Source of the DNA: an uncultured virus (IMG/VR IMGVR_UViG_3300031539_000017)
Lineage: Duplodnaviria > Heunggongvirae > Uroviricota > Caudoviricetes
Virus record (IMG/VR): IMGVR_UViG_3300031539_000017
Length of the DNA: 20,000 nucleotides
Direction: 5' to 3' (one strand)
Shown here: positions 1 through 7,894 of the stretch, in pieces
Numbering within the stretch: the stretch's first letter is position 1
How the letters are laid out: each line of letters opens with the position of its first letter
Translations under genes and position numbers: made by a program
Notes under the pieces: model-generated
Seen by the model: the letters and a program-made list of their open reading frames with translations, nothing else
What the model was told of the DNA's origin: nothing
Database searches by the model: none

Positions 1-468
1 AACCCGCGGATTGAAAAGCACTTCCGTGCCTTCGAGTGGGGTAGCGGTTGGAGCACTATCTGGCTGGCTGCGCGGTGTGCCAGCGTGGTCAGCGTAGAGC
101 ATGACCGAGAATGGTTTCAGGACGCGGAGTCCAACATGCGGCGGTATGGGGTGGGGGAGAACGTGAGCCTGCTGCACATACCCAAGGACCGAGGCGCGTC
201 GGAGTACGCGTACTATGCCGACGTCATCCTGGGCTATCCCGATGAGCACTTTCACATCATCTGCGTGGACGGACGCAACCGGGCAGGGTGTATCCGGAAC
301 GCCATGGTGAAGCTGGTGAGGCCCGGCGGGATGATGGTGGTGGATGACTACCCCAGGGCGCAGTACCAGGAGGCTTTGCAGCTGATGGACAGTTGGAGCC
401 GTAACCTGGTCTATCGGGGCACCGAGACCATGGCCACGGGCGTGTGGTTCAGACCGACGGAGGGGTGA
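1..468 (+). CDS. Class I SAM-dependent methyltransferase (Methyltransf_24 / polysaccharide O-methyltransferase-like), 5' truncated by window edge
   Basis: Frame is open from base 1: NPRIEKHFRAFEWGSGWSTIWLAARCASVVSVEHD. Motif I (FEWGSGWST), SVEHD, ICVDGRNR and GGMMVVDD are typical of this family. Confidence 0.85.
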   Translation, partial: NPRIEKHFRAFEWGSGWSTIWLAARCASVVSVEHDREWFQDAESNMRRYGVGENVSLLHIPKDRGASEYAYYADVILGYPDEHFHIICVDGRNRAGCIRNAMVKLVRPGGMMVVDDYPRAQYQEALQLMDSWSRNLVYRGTETMATGVWFRPTEG

Positions 469-469
469 G

Positions 470-1228
470 ATGACCCTTTTCGCTCATACTCACTGTGTAG
501 CGTTTGAGCTGTCTAATACCTGTCCGTATGCCTGGTTACACAAGAAGTGCCCTCTACACTTGGAGTTGGCATCGGCCTTTCGACTGAAGGAGACAAAACA
601 CCTGCCCGGCAGTGTTGTAAGGGCTGTGCTGGACACTTTGGGAAAGCACGGGTACAAGAGTACCATCTCCTTTCATCAGTACAATGAGCCGTTAGTTGAC
701 CCGCGCCTGTTCGAGTTCATCCGCTACGCCAGGAAGCAATGCCCGGAGGCCAGGATCATCATTCTGACCAACGGGGTTTTTCTATCGCGGCAACTGGCCC
801 TGGAACTGGAAGAGGCTGGCCTGACGGGCTTGTGGGTGACGCTTTACGGTGGTCAGGAGGATGAAGGGGCTACATGGGAATGGATGAAACGTGAGATCAT
901 ACCCATCTTCTCGGAGAGCAATGTCCAGACCTGGGCTATGAATGATGGACTGGATGACAGGCTGTGCATTTATGATCGGGAATATCAGACTGACAGGCGC
1001 AATTGTTATGCGCCGTTTAGTGCAGTCATTATCACCAGGGATGCGGAATGGGGATTGTGTTGTATGGATTGGAAGCGCACGGTATCCCTGGGGAGCCTGA
1101 GGGAGCATACCCTGGAAGAACTGATGCAGTCCGGTGAGCCGGAGCGCATCTATGCGGCATTGCAAGGGGGGGATCGGACGGTATTGGACCTGTGCCGCCG
1201 CTGCACGTTTACGATAACCCCAAGGTGA
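470..1228 (+). CDS. Radical SAM / SPASM(twitch)-domain protein with atypical cluster motif
   Basis: ELSNTC-PYAWL-H-KK-C lies at the CxxxCxxC position. It is followed by YNEPL, ILTNG and a C-terminal SPASM-like CYAPF..IT.D..LCCMDW..LGSL..LEEL..CRRC. Confidence 0.85.
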   Translation: MTLFAHTHCVAFELSNTCPYAWLHKKCPLHLELASAFRLKETKHLPGSVVRAVLDTLGKHGYKSTISFHQYNEPLVDPRLFEFIRYARKQCPEARIIILTNGVFLSRQLALELEEAGLTGLWVTLYGGQEDEGATWEWMKREIIPIFSESNVQTWAMNDGLDDRLCIYDREYQTDRRNCYAPFSAVIITRDAEWGLCCMDWKRTVSLGSLREHTLEELMQSGEPERIYAALQGGDRTVLDLCRRCTFTITPR

Positions 1229-1230
1229 GA

Positions 1231-1280
1231 CCTTTGCTGGCAAAAGGTTTGGGTGTGGTATATTTTGTGCAAAAGGGAGG
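1231..1280 (+). promoter_or_regulatory. Palindromic element copy 1: TTTGCTGGCAAA, extended -10 (TGGTATATT), TTTTGTGCAAAA and SD GGGAGG
   Basis: Dyad at 1233-1244, TATATT at 1259-1264, second dyad at 1263-1274, SD at 1275-1280, ATG at 1286. The architecture recurs at 11269 and 19518. Confidence 0.6.
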
Positions 1281-1285
1281 ACACC

Positions 1286-1495
1286 ATGTTTGAGATTTTT
1301 CAGGGCGTTATTCTTAAATCGGATTGCCGACTAATCATTGTGTTTCGTGATGAGGGGTCTATGCAGGCTGAGTTGATAACCCTCAATACTCATGGTCTGT
1401 TGGTCCATGCTGAAGGGGGCACTATGTATGTGCCTTGGACCTCAGTCAAGACTGTCGAGCTTCTTGATATTCTCGATGATTCTAGTGGGGAATAG
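1286..1495 (+). CDS. Small hypothetical protein (69 aa, beta-rich, lower GC than neighbours)
   Basis: ATG 1286 follows GGGAGG and is in frame with ORF 1253..1495. The stop overlaps the next GTG. Confidence 0.7.
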   Translation: MFEIFQGVILKSDCRLIIVFRDEGSMQAELITLNTHGLLVHAEGGTMYVPWTSVKTVELLDILDDSSGE

Positions 1496-2697
1496 TGGAG
1501 CCAAGGGGCATTCTCTACTTTGCCATAGGTAGTAGGTATCTCATGCAGGCACAGAAGGCCGTGGCTCGCGTGCGGGACGTGTGGCCTGGGATGCCGTGCG
1601 CTATCTGGACGGAGCGGGTACCTGGTCCGGTGATGCTATCCCGTATGGAGGCCTGGCGGCAATCACCCTTCGAGCGCACCCTGGCCCTGGATGCAGACGT
1701 GTGGCTGGCGGAGCCGGTGCCGGAGGTCTTTGACTTACTGGACCGCTTCGACCTGGCGGCGGCGTATGCCCCCTGGAGAGAGGGTTATCCTGTGAATGTG
1801 CCCGATGCCTTCCCGGAGCACAACTGCGGCGTGGTGGCCTTTCGTAAAGATGTGATCCTACTGGATTTCATGAACGATTGGGAGCGGAGGTTCCGGGAGC
1901 GCTACAGGGACATAGAGGAGATCAAGGGTTTCCACAATGATCAACCCGCTTTCCGGGAGGCCCTGTACTACTCAAGGGTGCGTGTCGCTACCCTGCCAGC
2001 GGAGTACAACTGGCGGGGTGTGGGTTATGTTTGGGGGAAAGTGAAGGTGCTGCACGTCAGGCGCCCGCCCCAGATGGTAGAACGGGAGATCAATGAGCGA
2101 CTTGGACCAAGGGTGTGTATGAACTGGAAGATTCACTATGGAGAGGAGTTCCACCCGTCGATGATGCTGGAGGCGATAGACCTGACTGGCAAGGACTACC
2201 ATCACGAGCTAGAGGACATAGACACGCTGAAACGGCTGGCGGGGATGCTGCCCAGGGATGCGGTGGTAGTCAACATCGGGGCTGCGTTTGGTACGAGCGC
2301 CCTAGCACTCCTGGAGGCCCGTGAGGACCTGTTCGTGTTCTCTGTGGATGTGAAGCCCTGTGAGAAGGAGAGGGAACACCTGGCGCAGTCGGGCGTGGAC
2401 CCGGCGCGGTGCGTGCGGGTGCTGGGTCGCTCTCAGGAGATAGGGTGGCCGCGTGTGGTGGATATGGTTTTTCTGGATGGTTCCCATGCCCGCAAGGACG
2501 TGATAGCGGACATCGAGGCATGGCTGCCCCGAATCAAGCCAGGGGGCATCGTGGCGGCTGATGACTACGAGAAGGGCTGCACACCTGCGGTGAAGCCTGT
2601 GGTGGATGAGGTGCTGATGGGCAAGTATGAGATGATCCTGCACGTGGGGGATATCGTGGCATTCAGGATACAGGGAGGGGACGATGGCAGAGCGTGA
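1495..2697 (+). CDS. Fusion: GT-A nucleotide-diphospho-sugar glycosyltransferase (GT8/GT77-like, N-terminal) + Methyltransf_24-like SAM methyltransferase (C-terminal)
   Basis: GT motifs: SPFERTLALDADVW (DxD), HNCGVVAFR, NDQPAFREALY, LPAEYNWR, VLH. MTase motifs: VNIGAAFGTS, FSVD, VFLDGSH, IKPGGIVAADDY. Confidence 0.85.
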   Translation: MEPRGILYFAIGSRYLMQAQKAVARVRDVWPGMPCAIWTERVPGPVMLSRMEAWRQSPFERTLALDADVWLAEPVPEVFDLLDRFDLAAAYAPWREGYPVNVPDAFPEHNCGVVAFRKDVILLDFMNDWERRFRERYRDIEEIKGFHNDQPAFREALYYSRVRVATLPAEYNWRGVGYVWGKVKVLHVRRPPQMVEREINERLGPRVCMNWKIHYGEEFHPSMMLEAIDLTGKDYHHELEDIDTLKRLAGMLPRDAVVVNIGAAFGTSALALLEAREDLFVFSVDVKPCEKEREHLAQSGVDPARCVRVLGRSQEIGWPRVVDMVFLDGSHARKDVIADIEAWLPRIKPGGIVAADDYEKGCTPAVKPVVDEVLMGKYEMILHVGDIVAFRIQGGDDGRA

Positions 2698-2875
2698 GTG
2701 CCTGGAGTGCGGCTGCGTGCGCGGCGAGTACCTGTGCCGGGTGGCGGAGCATCTCTGGGGCAGGGTAGAGTCGTTCTACCAGCGCAGCCAGAGGATGGGC
2801 TTCGATGAGAAGACCTGGAGCGATTATCAAGGGGCGCTGGCAGACTACAAGGCGCATTTCGGCAGGGAATCATGA
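2684..2875 (+). CDS. Small hypothetical protein (63 aa, N-terminal CxxCxC)
   Basis: SD GGGAGGGG precedes ATG 2684, and there is an ATGA overlap with the next gene. Confidence 0.65.
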   Translation: MAERECLECGCVRGEYLCRVAEHLWGRVESFYQRSQRMGFDEKTWSDYQGALADYKAHFGRES

Positions 2876-3678
2876 ATGAGCAAGACCTCAAGGACGCCTT
2901 CGCGGCCCTGGAGCCGATGAGTGACGAGGCCCCGCCCCGGTACACGTGGGAGCGGCACCGGTGGGAGATGCGCCGCCATGTGCGCCGGGATCCCATTGCG
3001 GGGTTCTTGAACTGGCCCACGGTGACGGCTACCATGTTCGCGGGGGAGACCCCGTTTATCCGTTCTGAGCTGGAGGCCCTGCGGGCGCAGCCTGATTGGG
3101 CGATCCCTTGGCGGCCTGCCATCGCGGATAGCGGAATAGGCAATGCCCCACGGATGTCCGGCGACACTTCCACGAACGCCAATATGATTCATCAGGCTTT
3201 TCACCTGATGATGTGGAACAAGGCCACGCTCAAGGAGCTGCGGGACCTGGAGACCATCACGGAGTTCGGTGGGGGCTATGGGGCCATGTGCCTGATAGCG
3301 TCAAGATTGGGGTTCCGGGGCACCTACCGCATGGTGGACTTCCCCGAGATGCGGCTTCTGCAGACCTACTACCTGTCACAGCACGAGCTGGGGTGCACGG
3401 TGGAGTTTCGGGAGGTCATCGGCCCACCGCGTTCAGACCTGTTGGTGGCTTGTTATTCGCTGAGTGAGGTCCCGCTAGAGGATCGCAAGCCGCTTCTCGG
3501 GGACGGGCGCGCTGACCATGCGGCCAATAGCTATCTCTTTGCCATGCAGGATAAGTGGGATGACGTGGACAATCTGGATTGGGTGAGGCAGTTTACTATG
3601 TGGGACAGGGACGACTTGCTGTGGTCCATCTTCCCGATGGTGAGGCCGGGGCACTGGTACGCGATGGGCAATGCCTAA
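2872..3678 (+). CDS. Putative sugar O-methyltransferase (class I SAM)
   Basis: ITEFGGGYGAMC (motif I), YRMVDFPEMRLLQTYYL and DLLVACYSLSE match the signature of the putative sugar O-methyltransferase family. Confidence 0.8.
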   Translation: MNEQDLKDAFAALEPMSDEAPPRYTWERHRWEMRRHVRRDPIAGFLNWPTVTATMFAGETPFIRSELEALRAQPDWAIPWRPAIADSGIGNAPRMSGDTSTNANMIHQAFHLMMWNKATLKELRDLETITEFGGGYGAMCLIASRLGFRGTYRMVDFPEMRLLQTYYLSQHELGCTVEFREVIGPPRSDLLVACYSLSEVPLEDRKPLLGDGRADHAANSYLFAMQDKWDDVDNLDWVRQFTMWDRDDLLWSIFPMVRPGHWYAMGNA

Positions 3679-3733
3679 ATGGATCAACGACCTAAATGCA
3701 CAGGTCATAGAGTGTGATGAAGGTGGAGGATGA
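3671..3733 (+). repeat. Copy 1 of HNH-gene 5' repeat; mini-ORF MPKWINDLNAQVIECDEGGG*
   Basis: By manual alignment, 40/50 nt are identical to 4204-4253 and 50/63 to 3890-3952. Confidence 0.9.
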
Positions 3734-3742
3734 GGAGGAGAA

Positions 3743-3889
3743 ATGAATGAGATAGTTGCGGTGCTCGTGGTGGTCTTGGTGCTGTTCTTTGTAGGGGTGC
3801 CCCTGGCGATGGTGCTCATTTCTCTTGGATGGCGCTGGCTTGACTTCGTAAATAGCAAGCTACATATCGTCAAGGGTCCGTGGGACTAG
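3743..3889 (+). CDS. Small membrane protein (48 aa), absent from ORF track
   Basis: SD GGAGGAG then ATG 3743 gives MNEIVAVLVVVLVLFFVGVPLAMVLISLGWRWLDFVNSKLHIVKGPWD*, which has a long hydrophobic segment. Confidence 0.75.
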   Translation: MNEIVAVLVVVLVLFFVGVPLAMVLISLGWRWLDFVNSKLHIVKGPWD

Positions 3890-3952
3890 ATGCCCAAGTG
3901 GACTGAGGATCTAAACGCATAGGTCATAGAACGCGACGAAGGTGGAGGATGA
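3890..3952 (+). repeat. Copy 2 of HNH-gene 5' repeat; MPKWTEDLNA*VIERDEGGG* (in-frame TAG)
   Basis: 42/50 nt are identical to 4204-4253, and it shares the GAAGGTGGAGGATGAGG tail with copy 1. Confidence 0.9.
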
Positions 3953-3955
3953 GGG

Positions 3956-4228
3956 ATGACCGAGAATGATGCTAGGTACTGTCTCAAGCTGCTACGAGAT
4001 GAGTTGCCAGACGGGATAGACAAGGTTCTTGCCGAAGACCCCGACGTGGTAGTGCTGGCTAAGGAGTTGATGGAAGAGCATACCCTCATGGACGAAGAGG
4101 GAGTTCTGTGGGTGAACTTAGAGCACGGGCTGCTAGAGGGCATCTTAGAGGTGCAGTTCGGCATTCGCCTGACGCCCGGTGGCTATGAGTGGGTAGGAGG
4201 ACAATGCCTAAGTGGATCGACGATCTAA
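3956..4228 (+). CDS. Hypothetical acidic protein (90 aa)
   Basis: ATG follows GGAGG within the repeat tail, and the stop lies inside repeat copy 3. Confidence 0.7.
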   Translation: MTENDARYCLKLLRDELPDGIDKVLAEDPDVVVLAKELMEEHTLMDEEGVLWVNLEHGLLEGILEVQFGIRLTPGGYEWVGGQCLSGSTI

Positions 4229-4497
4229 ACCTAGAGGTCATAGAACGCGATGAGGAACGATGTATCCTCTGTCCTGCGCCAGCGATGTATAAGCCGCACC
4301 ACATCGTCCCCAGGTCTAGGGGCAAGGGGCGGAGTCCGAAACTATGGCGCTTAGAGAATATGTGTTGCGTCTGCCCACTACACCATGACAATACCAAGGC
4401 ACTGCGAATCAGGTTGCTTGAGAGAATGGTTGAGCTTGGGCATGATATGACTTGGGCCAGAGAATTTGTCGGCGAGATCGCGGGGGTGACATGCTAA
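4204..4497 (+). CDS. HNH endonuclease (97 aa)
   Basis: SD AGGAGG precedes ATG 4204. Sequence shows RDEERCILC..HHIVPRSRG..LENMCCVCPLHH, a Zn-binding HNH fold. Confidence 0.9.
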   Translation: MPKWIDDLNLEVIERDEERCILCPAPAMYKPHHIVPRSRGKGRSPKLWRLENMCCVCPLHHDNTKALRIRLLERMVELGHDMTWAREFVGEIAGVTC

Positions 4498-5888
4498 TCT
4501 GCGCTGACTCTAGGGCTGCGCTGGCAGAGATAGAAGAGGGGAGCGTACAGTGCTGCATCACCTCTCCGCCATACTGGAGCCTCCGCAGGTACGGCGATGC
4601 AGCGGAGATGGTCTTTGGCGGCGATGCTGGCTGTGAGCATGAGTGGGGGCAGCACATTGTCAATCGGCGGGGCGCAGGCGGCGAGAGGGAATATGGCAGC
4701 TCTGATAGCGGTGTGGGCCGGGGGCCGGCACCCGAGTTGCCCTCCTCCAATATCTGCTCCCTCTGCGGCTGCTGGCGCGGTCAGTTCGGATTAGAGCCCA
4801 CCCCCGAGATGTACGTGGAGCACATGCTGGACTTTTTGCGGGCAATATGGCGGGTGCTGAGGGATGATGGGACGCTGTGGCTGAATCTCGGGGACTCTTA
4901 TGCGAGTCAGGGGGGGGCTAAGACAGAAGCCTCATACGCCTCAGCAGGCACGGGCAATAGTGCCAATCGGACGCTGCGGGTTGATGCCCGGAGACCACCC
5001 GGAGGCCTCAAGCCCAAGGACCTCGTGATGATCCCCTTCCGCGTGGCGTTGGCTGCGCAGGCAGACGGGTGGTGGGTGCGGTCGGTGATCATCTGGTCCA
5101 AGCCTAACCCCATGCCAGAGTCAGTGCGGGACAGGCCGACAACGGCGCATGAATACGTGTTCCTCTTGACGAAGAGCAAGACCTACTTCTACGATGCCGA
5201 TGCGATAAGGGAGCCATGTACCATGACGCCCCAGGCCAGGTTGACTCCACGAGACATGAAGAATGGCAAGGATAGCCAGCGGGCCGTTCACCGTAGACCA
5301 CAATACCAGCTCCGAGATGAGCCAGGGGTAGAGGGCAACCCATTAGGCCGCAACAAGCGTACGGTCTGGGAGATAGCCACGGCCCCATATCCCGGCGCCC
5401 ACTACGCAACATTTCCTCCCAAGCTAGTAGAGCCGATGATACTGACCACGCCCACGAAGGTCTGCGCTGAGTGCGGGGCTGGGTGGGAGAGGGTGGTTCA
5501 GAAGCCCGACATGAAGGAGCGACCAAAGCGCAACCAGCAGAAATACGGAGCAGAGCGCATCAATGTTGGCTGGGGTGACTACCCGCAGAGCGCGGGGCAG
5601 GAGTGGCAAAAGTGGCGCAACGAGAACCCTGACGTAACCCTTGGCTTCCGCCCCACCTGCTCCTGTGATGCTGAGACCAAGCCCGCCGTCATCTTAGACC
5701 CCTTCTGTGGTAGGGGCACCGTTCTCAAAGAGGCAAGAGCGCATGGCCGGGACTGGATAGGCATAGACGTCGATCCTCAATCTATCAAGCTGGCGGAGGA
5801 ATGGCTGGGGCTAGGGGAGGTTACCTATGAGATTGACGAAGAGCATTGGATACAGCCGCAATTAGTCAATGAGGAGTCAGCACAATGA
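4491..5888 (+). CDS. Site-specific DNA methyltransferase (N4-C/N6-A, beta class) with Cys-rich insertions
   Basis: Catalytic TSPPYW is N-terminal, followed by WLNLGDSY, IIWSKPNPMPES, HEYVFLL and HYATFP. SAM-binding DPFCGRGT is C-terminal. Start 4491 follows GGGGGTG. Confidence 0.93.
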   Translation: MLICADSRAALAEIEEGSVQCCITSPPYWSLRRYGDAAEMVFGGDAGCEHEWGQHIVNRRGAGGEREYGSSDSGVGRGPAPELPSSNICSLCGCWRGQFGLEPTPEMYVEHMLDFLRAIWRVLRDDGTLWLNLGDSYASQGGAKTEASYASAGTGNSANRTLRVDARRPPGGLKPKDLVMIPFRVALAAQADGWWVRSVIIWSKPNPMPESVRDRPTTAHEYVFLLTKSKTYFYDADAIREPCTMTPQARLTPRDMKNGKDSQRAVHRRPQYQLRDEPGVEGNPLGRNKRTVWEIATAPYPGAHYATFPPKLVEPMILTTPTKVCAECGAGWERVVQKPDMKERPKRNQQKYGAERINVGWGDYPQSAGQEWQKWRNENPDVTLGFRPTCSCDAETKPAVILDPFCGRGTVLKEARAHGRDWIGIDVDPQSIKLAEEWLGLGEVTYEIDEEHWIQPQLVNEESAQ

Positions 5889-7147
5889 TCTTTTCCAATC
5901 GTCACGAGGTGGAGACACACCTGGCTGAGCAGGCCGATGGGGGTGTCATCGTCGAAGTGGGCTGCGGCGTAGGCGATGGCCTGGTGGCCCTGCTCAACGG
6001 CACGCGGTACGGTAGACTTTTGCCTGTGTATGCTGTCGATCCTTATACTCCCTACGTGGACAAGCTGGGGGGCACCTACGGGCCGGAGAGCAAGCAGGAG
6101 GCCCTGGATAAGGTGGTGGGCACGGGGTTGGGGCGGTTGGTGGCCTTCGTCGAGGAGGACGGCGTACTGGTGGGCGAAAATTGGGACTTGCCTACGGCCC
6201 TGGTGTGGATTGACGTCAGCATGGAGTATGACGGTCTCAAATGCGTCTGGGACGCCTGGGCGGACAAGGTCATGGAGGACGGACATATCGCTATCGCGGG
6301 CCTGGGTTATAGCAGCCTGGGTACAGCGCGGGTGATGCAGGAGGCCGTTGACTCGGGGGACTTCGTGCGGGTGCTGTCGGAGCAGGACAGGGTGGCGGTA
6401 CTACGCAGGGTGCCCCGGAATAGGCGGGCCGTGTTCTACATCGTGGATGGTGAACCCTATGCTGAGGAGGCGGCTTACAGTGCGTCCAGTGTCAAGGAGC
6501 ACATGCCCGGCGTGGAGACCTTTCTGTTTGCGGTGGGTGGCACAGGGGCCAGGGAGAGCATCGACCACGTAGTGCTCTTGCCGCCTCGGGAGAGCGAGCT
6601 GTGGTACCTGGACAGCACGCGGTACTTCAACCAGGCGGTGGCGCACCTCCACGAGTACAACCGTCTTTTGTACCTTGACACGGATACCTGGGTGGCCTGG
6701 GACTGTTTGGATATGTGGTGGCTCCTAGAGCAGTTTGACGTGTGCCTGGGGCACAGTGCGGGCCGGGAGGCCATGCCTTCAGCGATTGGGACGCCCCCGG
6801 CGTTCACTACCCTGTCTATCGGGGTTAGTTTATTCCGCAACAACGCGGAGGTCCGGGCTACGCTGGCGGACTGGCTGGCGTTCTACGAGAAGTACCAGGG
6901 CATCTACGGCGACAATGATGAGAGTCCTTTAAGGGATGTGCTGTGGCTGAATCGGCAGGGGCTGAAAATGTATATCCTGCCCCCTGAGTACAACGTCCGA
7001 GCTGGGTTTGGGTGCTGGCTCTACGGTCGGGCTAGGATAGTTCATGCTCGGCTGCCTCGGTTGAGGCATGTAGCAGAGCAGTTGAATGAGCACACGTCTA
7101 TGCGTTTGTGGCACGATGGTGAGTTCTTGTGGTGGCATCAGAAGTGA
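5885..7147 (+). CDS. Fusion: Methyltransf_24-like domain (N-terminal) + GT-A glycosyltransferase (GT8/GT77-like, C-terminal)
   Basis: N-terminal motifs: IVEVGCGVG, VYAVDPY, LVWID. C-terminal motifs: LYLDTDTW (DxD), IGVSLFR, NDESPLR, LPPEYNVR, IVH. Confidence 0.82.
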   Translation: MIFSNRHEVETHLAEQADGGVIVEVGCGVGDGLVALLNGTRYGRLLPVYAVDPYTPYVDKLGGTYGPESKQEALDKVVGTGLGRLVAFVEEDGVLVGENWDLPTALVWIDVSMEYDGLKCVWDAWADKVMEDGHIAIAGLGYSSLGTARVMQEAVDSGDFVRVLSEQDRVAVLRRVPRNRRAVFYIVDGEPYAEEAAYSASSVKEHMPGVETFLFAVGGTGARESIDHVVLLPPRESELWYLDSTRYFNQAVAHLHEYNRLLYLDTDTWVAWDCLDMWWLLEQFDVCLGHSAGREAMPSAIGTPPAFTTLSIGVSLFRNNAEVRATLADWLAFYEKYQGIYGDNDESPLRDVLWLNRQGLKMYILPPEYNVRAGFGCWLYGRARIVHARLPRLRHVAEQLNEHTSMRLWHDGEFLWWHQK

Positions 7148-7160
7148 AAGGTGGTGAAGG

Positions 7161-7439
7161 ATGGACAGCAACGTCTTAACCCGAGGCATAATTCCCCTGA
7201 GGCGCATCAAGCGCCTGCGTAGGTGCATGAACCCCAGTTGCCGCTTCGTGGTCGGCGCGGGCAAGATGGCCTTGGAGAGCACCAACATCGGTGAGTTCGC
7301 GCGGTTGACCTGCCCTAAGTGCGGAGCACTGCATGTGTTCAACCCCATCTCTACTGTGAGGCCTGATGCTGAGCGGCACATCTTCGTGGTCCGTGACCGG
7401 GGTGGTCAGGTAGAGCATATTTTCCCGAGGGTGCAATGA
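7161..7439 (+). CDS. Zinc-ribbon protein
   Basis: CMNPSC...CPKCG, with an ATGA overlap to the next gene. Confidence 0.65.
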   Translation: MDSNVLTRGIIPLRRIKRLRRCMNPSCRFVVGAGKMALESTNIGEFARLTCPKCGALHVFNPISTVRPDAERHIFVVRDRGGQVEHIFPRVQ

Positions 7440-7885
7440 GGCGGCGCTACTTTGAGTGGGATTACGTTAGTAACCGCATGACTGAGTGGGCTCGCGTGGG
7501 GCACTGCTGCCAGTGCGCCGCGTGTTGTCAGAACAGCATCGGCTTCAAGTTTGAGAGCAGCAAGCTCTATGAAGCGAAGAAATCGGGCAGTTACTACACC
7601 ACTGGCAAGGGCATCTGGCAGGAGGTCCGCGTAGGGGGCCGGTACAGGCACTTCTTCCAAATGGAGTACGTGGCTGCCAAAGGGAAGGGGTGCGCCAGCC
7701 TGGAGCGTGGCTTGTGCGAGGAGTATGAGCACCGTACTTGGATTTGCCGGGAGTGGCCCTTCTCGCCGCGCTGCATAGAAGCCACCTCGGAGTGTACTTA
7801 TGGATTCCGCGAGGTTGATCGTAGGTCTTTTGTGGTCGTCGTCCCTGAGAAGGACGAGGGCGATTTCGTACATGTGCCATTGTAG
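7436..7885 (+). CDS. YkgJ-family (CxxCxxCC) cysteine-cluster protein
   Basis: CCQCAACC...CASL..GLCEEYEHRTWICREWPF. Confidence 0.85.
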   Translation: MRRRYFEWDYVSNRMTEWARVGHCCQCAACCQNSIGFKFESSKLYEAKKSGSYYTTGKGIWQEVRVGGRYRHFFQMEYVAAKGKGCASLERGLCEEYEHRTWICREWPFSPRCIEATSECTYGFREVDRRSFVVVVPEKDEGDFVHVPL

Positions 7886-7894
7886 GAGGGTGTT

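Noticed and set aside
2680..2692. GACGATGGCAGAG shared with the start of the gene at 9783 (both begin MAER)
   Set aside because: Only 13 nt around a start codon with no further similarity; compatible with chance or initiation bias.
3671..4253. CRISPR array or DGR template/variable repeats
   Set aside because: The repeats are 50-63 nt, diverged and separated by 156 and 251 nt of coding sequence. Mismatches are not adenine-specific, and no cas or reverse transcriptase gene is present.
4204..5888. HNH plus methylase as a type II restriction-modification system
   Set aside because: The 97 aa HNH has no evident specificity domain and resembles small phage HNH proteins. Adjacency alone is insufficient.
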